Source: an uncultured Chloroflexia bacterium (lineage in GTDB: Bacteria; Chloroflexota; Limnocylindria; Limnocylindrales; CSP1-4). Taken from it: a stretch of 64,000 bases of DNA. The stretch spans positions 96,001 through 160,000 of the forward strand of contig CAVVJT010000004.1 in assembly GCA_963748625.1 (NCBI GenBank). The letters run 5' to 3'. The notes beneath the pieces were generated by a model. That model was given only the letters and a program-made list of their open reading frames with translations. It did not search any database and was not told where the DNA came from. The stretch's first letter is position 1; every line of letters starts with the position of its first letter. Shown here piece by piece: positions 57,511 to 64,000 of this stretch. Both the position numbers and the translations under genes were made by a program.

Positions 57511-58675
57511 ATGACCAGCGACACCCCCGGCTCCGGCGGAACCGGCTGGGGCCAGCCGCCCAACCCGAGCGGGCAGCAGCCCACCTCCGGCGAGTGGCCG
57601 GCCGAGCTCGTGCCGCCCACCGAGCCCGCGGCACCCGCGCCCGAGACTGCCGCGCCGGTACCCGAGCCCGTGGCCCCGGCCCCTGCAGCCGGGACGTGGG
57701 GCCAGCCCGCGGCCCCGGCACCCGTCGCCCGAGCCTGCCGCACCAGCCGACGACGCCCCCACCCAGCCGGTCACGCCCGCTTGGGGCCAGCCCGCGGCCG
57801 CGGCACCCGAGCCCACCGCGCCGGCTCCTGCCGCTCCAGCACCGGCACCAGTGGCACCGACGCCAACGCCCGCGGGCCAGTGGGGTGCTCCTCCGCCCCA
57901 GCAGCCCCAGCAGCCCGGCTATGGCGCACCGGTTCCCCCTGCCGCGACTCCCGGAGGCCAGTGGGGTGCTCCTCCGCCCCAGCAGCCCCAGCAGGGCGGC
58001 GGCTGGACGCCCCCGCCCGTCGCCCCCGGCGGCGCACCGGCAGGCTGGCAGCCGGCGCCGGCCAAGTCCTCCAACGGCTGCCTCAAGGCATGCCTGATCG
58101 TGGGCATCATCCTCGTGATCCTCGCGGTGATCTTCGTCGTCGCGATCACCCTGCTCGGCATGAAGTTCGCGTCCGACATGGGCGTGAACCCCGATGGGTC
58201 CGTGGCGCAGTGCGAGTTCGTGTCGAACGACGAGCTTGCCCAGGTGCTCGACGGCCAGCCCACCGGCATGCCCCTCGGCGGGTTCGTGGACGCGACCCTC
58301 GGCCAGCTGCTTGACAAGCGCCTCCTCACCGACGCCGACGACTGCTGGCTCGTGGACGAGTCGAACAGCGGTGGCTACACCGGCCGGCTTGCGCTCAAGC
58401 AGGGTGGCAGCTTCGACCAGGAGCTGGCCACCGCCCAGGCAGGCGAGTTCTTCGCCACCGACGTCCCGGGCTTCGGCGACCAGGCATTCTGCACGGGCAT
58501 CGCGGAGACCGGCTCCACCGGGGCCCTGGTCCGGCAGGGCGGCAACGTCGCCTACGTGAGCCTGATCGCGGGCGACGTCAACGGGTTCGACTTCGATGAG
58601 GCCCCCAACGGCGTCCTCTACTCCCCAAGCACGTGCGAGCTGGCGGCGGCGATCGCGGTGCAGATCCTGCGCTGA
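57511..58675 (+). CDS. Pro/Ala/Gln-rich membrane protein with a C-terminal extracytoplasmic Cys-containing domain; apparent +1 frameshift at about 57725
   Basis: GAGGAGG RBS before ATG 57511; WGQP/WGAP repeats continue in the next frame; TM ACLIVGIILVILAVIFVVAITLLG; removing T57725 gives one ORF of about 387 aa. Confidence 0.8.
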
Positions 58676-58697
58676 CCGACGCCGGGCCCGCACAGCA

Positions 58698-58727
58698 GGA
58701 AGCGCGGCCGCGAGGCCGCGCTTCCTC
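58698..58727. terminator. Bidirectional hairpin between convergent genes
   Basis: aggaagcgcggcc-gcga-ggccgcgcttcct with a GNRA loop. Confidence 0.75.
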
Positions 58728-58749
58728 GTGTCTGGGAGCAACCCGGGGG

Positions 58750-60872
58750 CTACCGGGGCGGCGCCGGGGGCGGCTGGTCGTTCCTGCCCTTCACGTACGC
58801 GTCGAGCAGCGTCCCGATCGTGATGTCCCCGTAGCGGCCGGACAGCTCATCGCGGGCGGCCCCCCAGAGCGAGCGCAGCGTTCGCGGCCCACTCCGCTCG
58901 AGGTCGCGCAGGCGCGTCCCACCGAACCGCTCGATGCCCGGGATGCGGATCAGCTCCTCGGCGAGACGGGAGGCCGAGTCACTCAGGGTGGACTGCTCGG
59001 TGATGCCGATGCTGCTCCCGGCCGCCTTGACCACTCGACGGACATCACCCGGGGCCAGGTCCGAGACGGGTGGCATCGGCGGGAGCTGGGACGACAGGCC
59101 GCCCATCGAGCCGGCCTTGGCCTGGACCGCCTCGGCCTTCGCCTGCGTGTCCGCCATGGTCCTGGCGGCGGCGTCGAACCGCTCGGCCGGTGTGGCCTCG
59201 GGCGACGGCGTCGATGCCCCTGCGGCGTCGGCACGGGACGAGCCGGATGACGAGCCGGATGAGGCAGACGCGGACGCGGCCCCGGGGCCCGACCCGGATG
59301 CCGGCGCGGGGGCCGTCGGATCGCCTGCGGGGGCGCCCCCGGAACCACCGGAACCGCCGGGGCCACCCGACGCCGCCGGGGCCGCTGGGGCCGCTCGGGG
59401 CCGCCGGGGCCGCGATCGGGGTCGTCCTTGGCCCTGCCCACGGCCTTCGCTGCAGCGACCGGATGCTCCTCGCCCGGCTTCCTGCCAATGGCCGAATTGA
59501 GCAGTTCGGGGATGTCGATCCCCGTCAGGCCCTTCACCGTGGCGGAGGCCTCTGCGAGCGTGCGCGTCGTGGTCTTGACCACGTCGGACGCACCCTCCGA
59601 TGAGAGCACCGTCAGGCTGTCGATCCTGCCGAGCGGCTCGGCCGCGGCCCTGACGATCTCCGGGAGCATCGAGAGGACGGTCGAGATGATGGCCGCCTCG
59701 TTGAACTGGCGGTAGGCGTCCGCCCGCAGGGCCAGTGCCTTCGCCTCGGCCTCGCCCTTGGTGAACGTGATGCCGGCCTCGGCGTTGCCCTCGAGGGTGG
59801 TCTGGTGGGCGATTGCCGTGGCATTGACCTCGGTGACCCGCGCCTGCGCCTCGCCCTTCGTGATCTGGACGAATGCTTCGGCCTGGCCGGCGAGCTTGAC
59901 GCGCTCCGCCTCGGCCTGGGCCTGGGCGATGCGCGCGCCCTTGTCGCCCTCGGCGCGGCGGATCTGGGCCTCCGCCTCGGCCTCGGCCGGACGGATCGTG
60001 CTGGCGATGAGCTCCTTCTGCTTGCGGTCGGCCTCGAGCTGGGCCAGCTCGGTCTGCCGCTTGACCACCTCCTGCTGGGCCTCGGCCTGGGCGAGCGGAC
60101 CGGCCTGCGCGGCCTTGGCCTCGGCGGACGCGGTCAGGGCCTCGACCTCGGCCTGGCGGAGCGAGACGTCACGCTGGGCGTTGAGCTTGATCTGCATGGA
60201 CTCGGCCTCGCGGACCGCGGCCTCCTGGTCGGCCGTGGCCTTGGCCATGCGGGCGTCCCGCTCGCGGCGGGCCGTCTCCTGCTGGCCGATGAGGTCCATG
60301 TACCCGACCTCATCGCGGATGGCCTGGATCGTGAAGTTGTCGATCGCGAGGCCGGAGGTTGCGAGGTCGGCCTTGGCTGCCCCCTGGACCTCCTGCTGGA
60401 ACTTCTGGCGGTCATAGTTGAGCTCCTCGACGGTCAGCGTGCCGACGATCGAGCGGAGCGACCCCTCGAGGACGTTCTTGACGATCGAGTCGAGCAGGTC
60501 CTCGTGGTCGAGGAAGCGCTCGGCCGCATTGCGGATGGACTCCTCGTCGCCGCCGATCTTCACGGTCGCGACACCCTGCACCGCGACCTTGATGCCCTGC
60601 TTGGTCACGGCATCCGAGAGGTTGACGTTGATCTGGCGCGCGGACAGGTGGATCCGGCCCAGCTTGTGGACGAGCGGCAGGACGATCACGCGCCCCGCGC
60701 GCACGACCTTGAGCTGCGCCGGCGCCCCGCCGAACACCCCGCCGGTGCGCACGAGCGCCTCGTTCGCCCCCGCCACCTTCACGCGGCTCGTCGCATAGGC
60801 GACGAGCAGGACGACGATGATGATCGGGATGAGCACCGCGATGATGCTGCCGTCGAACTCGAACAAGCCCAC
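58750..60872 (-). CDS. Flotillin (SPFH plus coiled coil) with a Gly/Ser/Pro linker and an extra C-terminal domain; apparent frameshift(s) at about 59371-59396
   Basis: NEALVRTG, AVTKQGIKVAVQGVATVKI, IRNAAERFL, LEGSLRSIVG, AEAEA repeats, AAAEPLGRIDSLTV; the downstream ORF 58750-59157 joins it after removing 2 bases. Confidence 0.85.
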
Positions 60873-60874
60873 GA

Positions 60875-61426
60875 TTAGCCCTCCACGGCCGGCTGCTGCG
60901 CGGCCTCTGCCTCATCGCGCACGATGACCGAGGTCCCGGCCACGCCGGTCACCCGTACCGTCCGCCCGGCGGGGATGTCCCGCTCGGAGGTGGCGGCGAA
61001 CTCATGCGTCTGGCCTTCCGCCTTCACCAGCACGCTGCCGAAACGGTTGGCCGGGATGGCGACGCTCACGTACGCGTCGTCTCCGACCAGGTCGCCGATC
61101 TTGAACGGCTCCTCGCTCTCGCTGCGCTTGAGGAAGCCGAACAGCGCACCTGCGAACAAGGCGCCCGCCACGCCTGAGACGACGCCGATGATCGCTGCTG
61201 GCGCACCGTGCAGGTCGAGCACCTGGGTGGCGAACAGGCCGCCCGCCCCGAACATGCCGACGAAGCCCAGCAGGATGGGGGTCACCGTGGTGCCGCCGAT
61301 ATCCAAGCCGAAGCCGTCGAACAGGCCACCGATGATGTCGTCGAAGACGACGGTGATCAGGAGGAGCACGCCCCCGACGAGCGCGGCCACGGCGAAGATC
61401 CCGTCCTCGATGGGGATGTCAATCAT
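60875..61426 (-). CDS. Short NfeD-like flotillin partner
   Basis: Three TM segments, GFVGMFGAGG, C-terminal OB-like LVG..AYVSVAIPANRFGSV..IPAGRTVRV; immediately upstream of flotillin. Confidence 0.88.
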   Translation of the reverse strand: MIDIPIEDGIFAVAALVGGVLLLITVVFDDIIGGLFDGFGLDIGGTTVTPILLGFVGMFGAGGLFATQVLDLHGAPAAIIGVVSGVAGALFAGALFGFLKRSESEEPFKIGDLVGDDAYVSVAIPANRFGSVLVKAEGQTHEFAATSERDIPAGRTVRVTGVAGTSVIVRDEAEAAQQPAVEG

Positions 61427-61591
61427 CGGATGCCTGCCCTGCCTCCCCGGTGGCGCCTGGCGGCGCAACAGTCAACCGGCGCGCCGGGCACGGTCGACTG
61501 GGGCAAGCATAGAGGCCGGGGGCGGTCGCGGAAAGGCGTGCCGGACGCGGCGGCATGGACGAGCGTCCTGATCGTGCGCGCCCGCGCTCGC

Positions 61592-62173
61592 TCAGTTGGT
61601 GCCGGGGGTCTCCGGGGCGTCGTCCGGGGGCGCATCGCCTGCACCGAACAGCAGGCGGGCCCAGGACTCCAGCGGGGTCACCACGACAACCTCCGTGCCC
61701 AAGCGGACGGATGCGGATCCAGGGGCATCCGGGGGCAGGGCTGGAGCGCCTTCCGCGAGGACGAAGGGGATCTCCTTCGCTGTTCCCAGGCGATAGCTGC
61801 GCGCCGCCTGCTCGATGTAGGCCTGGCGCTGGATCAGGGCGAGCTCGGCTTCAAGCGCCGTGGCCTCGGCCTCCAGGAGGGCATTGTCCGTGCGCATCGC
61901 GGCGGCACGAGCGGTCGCCTCCCCTGCCTCGCCCACCTGGCGCGCGAACAGCAGGATGACCCAGGCGGCGACGATGGCACCCAGGAGGATCGCGATCCGC
62001 CGCCGGGTGAGGCCGGCGACCGGCAGATCGGCGAGTGAACCCAGCGCGGCGATGGAGGCCGGCGAAGGCATACCTGCGCCGACCACCGGCTCCGGGTTCC
62101 CATTCGCGTCGGTCGCGTCGGGGACGCCGGATCCCGGTGTGCTGATCGGGGGCTTGGAGGTGCGTCGAAGCAT
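61592..62173 (-). CDS. FtsB/DivIC-like septum formation initiator family protein
   Basis: Single TM helix followed by coiled coil NALLEAEATALEAELA and YIEQAARSYRLG...E. Confidence 0.75.
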   Translation of the reverse strand: MLRRTSKPPISTPGSGVPDATDANGNPEPVVGAGMPSPASIAALGSLADLPVAGLTRRRIAILLGAIVAAWVILLFARQVGEAGEATARAAAMRTDNALLEAEATALEAELALIQRQAYIEQAARSYRLGTAKEIPFVLAEGAPALPPDAPGSASVRLGTEVVVVTPLESWARLLFGAGDAPPDDAPETPGTN

Positions 62174-62299
62174 CGGCCCGAGGGTAGCTGCGCCTGATTC
62201 CGCTGTCAACTCGGTTCGTGCAGGTGATTCACGATGCGCGACTGTGTCACGCAAGGTGGCACAGGGCCTTCCCATGGTGGCGTAGACTCCGGGTCAAAC

Positions 62300-62313
62300 C
62301 GATCACCTGTTCG
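62300..62313 (+). promoter_or_regulatory. LexA (SOS) box-like site upstream of the helicase
   Basis: CGATCACCTGTTCG, one mismatch to CGAAC-N4-GTTCG, between -10 TAGACT (62283-62288) and the GGAGG RBS. Confidence 0.6.
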
Positions 62314-62333
62314 AAATGGAGGCCGCGGCCGGC

Positions 62334-64000
62334 ATGCGAACCTACGCTCCCGCCAGCACCCGGGCGGTGCTGGAGCAGCTGCTCGAGGAGCCGTCCCTCG
62401 CCCGCGGCGTCGTCCACCACGAGGTCCGCGATGCTCGGGCCGCAGCGTACGCGGACTGGCCGGTCTGGCTGGATCCCAGGATCCGGAACGGCTTGGCAAG
62501 ACGCGGTATCGAGCGGCCCTACACGCACCAGGCGGATGCCATCGAGGCCGTGCACGCGGGCAGGGACGTCGTGGTGGTGACACCCACCGCGTCCGGGAAG
62601 TCCCTCTGCTACACCGTGCCGGTCCTGCAGGCGCTGGCGGAGGATCCGTCGGCACGTGCGCTGTTCCTGTTCCCCACCAAGGCGCTCGGCCAGGACCAGA
62701 CGACGGAATTCGGGGAGCTGGTCCAGGACGCCGGGCTGCAGGTCTCGTCGGCCTGCTACGACGGGGACACGCCGGCGCCCATCCGGTCCGCCGTCCGCAA
62801 GGCCGGGCAGGTGGTGGTCACCAACCCGGACATGCTCCACTCGGCGATCCTCCCCCACCACACCAAGTGGTTCCAGCTGTTCGAGCAGCTCCGGGTCATC
62901 GTCATCGACGAGCTGCACACCTACCGGGGCGTGTTCGGGTCGCATGTGGCGAACGTCCTGCGCCGGCTCCTGCGCCTCTGCGCCCACTACGGATCGAACC
63001 CGGTGATCGTGTGCTGCTCCGCCACGATCGGGAACCCCGCCGAACTGGCGGAGACGCTCACAGGCAGGCCGGTGCAGCTCATCGACAGGAACGGGGCGCC
63101 CGCGGGTGAGAAGCACCTGCTGCTCGTGGATCCGCCGGTGATGGACCCGGCAACGGGCGCACGCGGTTCCGCGCTCACGCTGGCACAACGGTGGGCGCTC
63201 CCGTTCCTGAAGGCGGGCCGCCAGACCGTGGTCTTCGGCAAGAGCCGGGTGGCGGTCGAGATCATGCTCTCGAACCTGCGGGAGACATTGCGGGCGGACC
63301 TCGGGCCGCGCAGCCGTATCCGCGGCTACCGGGGCGGCTACCTGCCCACGGAGCGCCGGTCGATCGAGCGGGGGCTGCGTGATGGCGAGGTGCTGGGCGT
63401 GGTGTCCACCAATGCCCTCGAGCTGGGCGTGGACATCGGACGCCTCGATGTCGCGGTGCTCGCCGGGTACCCGGGCTCGATCGCGGCAACGTGGCAGCAG
63501 ATGGGCCGGGCCGGCCGGCGCGGCGACGTGTCGGTCGCGGTCCTCGTCGCCTCTCCTGCCCCGGTGGACCAGTACGTCATCCACCACCCGGAGTTCGTGC
63601 TGGGCGGGCGCCCGGAGGAGGCTCGCCTGGACCCGGACAACCTCCACGTCCTCCTGGCCCACATCCGCTGCGCATCATTCGAGCTGCCCTTCGAACCCGG
63701 TGAGTGGTTCGGGCCCGGCCCCGCCGATGACCTGCTCGCGTTCCTCGGCGAGGGCGGCGTGATCCGCCAGGCCGACGACGGGCGCTGGTACTGGAGCTCG
63801 GAGAACTTCCCGGCGTCGGAGGTGTCCTTGCGGGCCGCCGCGCCCGAGAACGTGGTGATCATCGACACGACGCCGGACCGGCCGCGGGTCCTCGGTGAGG
63901 TGGACCTGTTCAGCGCGCAGGTCCTCGTCCACCAGCACGCGATCTACATGCACGAGTCCACGCAGTACCACGTGGACCGGCTCGAGTGGGGCGAGCGCAA
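62334..64000 (+). CDS. DEAD/DEAH-box helicase, MrfA/YprA/Hrq1 type (runs off the window; absent from the ORF track)
   Basis: Translated by hand: RPYTHQADAI, TPTASGKSLCY, FPTKALGQDQ, YDGDTP, TNPDMLH, IDELHTYRGVFGSH, CSATIGNP, YRGGYLP, TNALELGVDIG, QQMGRAGR. Confidence 0.93.
   Translation, partial: MRTYAPASTRAVLEQLLEEPSLARGVVHHEVRDARAAAYADWPVWLDPRIRNGLARRGIERPYTHQADAIEAVHAGRDVVVVTPTASGKSLCYTVPVLQALAEDPSARALFLFPTKALGQDQTTEFGELVQDAGLQVSSACYDGDTPAPIRSAVRKAGQVVVTNPDMLHSAILPHHTKWFQLFEQLRVIVIDELHTYRGVFGSHVANVLRRLLRLCAHYGSNPVIVCCSATIGNPAELAETLTGRPVQLIDRNGAPAGEKHLLLVDPPVMDPATGARGSALTLAQRWALPFLKAGRQTVVFGKSRVAVEIMLSNLRETLRADLGPRSRIRGYRGGYLPTERRSIERGLRDGEVLGVVSTNALELGVDIGRLDVAVLAGYPGSIAATWQQMGRAGRRGDVSVAVLVASPAPVDQYVIHHPEFVLGGRPEEARLDPDNLHVLLAHIRCASFELPFEPGEWFGPGPADDLLAFLGEGGVIRQADDGRWYWSSENFPASEVSLRAAAPENVVIIDTTPDRPRVLGEVDLFSAQVLVHQHAIYMHESTQYHVDRLEWGER

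Noticed and set aside
57303-58750. tRNA as an integration site for a genomic island
   Set aside because: I saw no duplicated tRNA 3' end and no integrase; the 3' side carries a terminator and ftsH.

Overview
A very GC-rich bacterial chromosomal window that is almost fully coding and lies mostly on the minus strand. Gene content and style suggest a Chloroflexota member (inference; Limnocylindria/Ellin6529-like). Left to right: typA; a four-component FtsX/MacB-type ABC exporter; a degenerate NTP-transferase; an alpha/beta hydrolase; aspS; a complete hdrCBA-mvhDGA-protease-hypA operon lying between hisS and aspS; yidH, merR-MFS and relA; a translationally coupled topA-xer-murJ-femX-femX-murE run; an Ig/CAP surface protein; dprA-comM preceded by a REC-CpaE gene; stomatin/NfeD; NUDIX; tyrA; a NarL regulator; a small Zn-ribbon/[DE]RR-repeat protein; trpB2; thpR; ppa; an N-terminally truncated DnaB-like ATPase; an M20 dipeptidase; ftsH; tRNA-Met(CAT); flotillin/NfeD; an FtsB-like gene; and a partial MrfA/YprA-type helicase with an SOS-like box. 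I saw no CRISPR array, prophage or transposase. Three loci carry apparent single-base insertions, which are probably assembly errors. The best candidates for undescribed biology are the Zn-ribbon/[DE]RR micro-protein, the motor-only DnaB paralogue, the exactly 11-bp-phased repeat array at the comM promoter, the HypA lacking its Zn finger in the Hdr-Mvh block, and a flotillin with an extra C-terminal domain.
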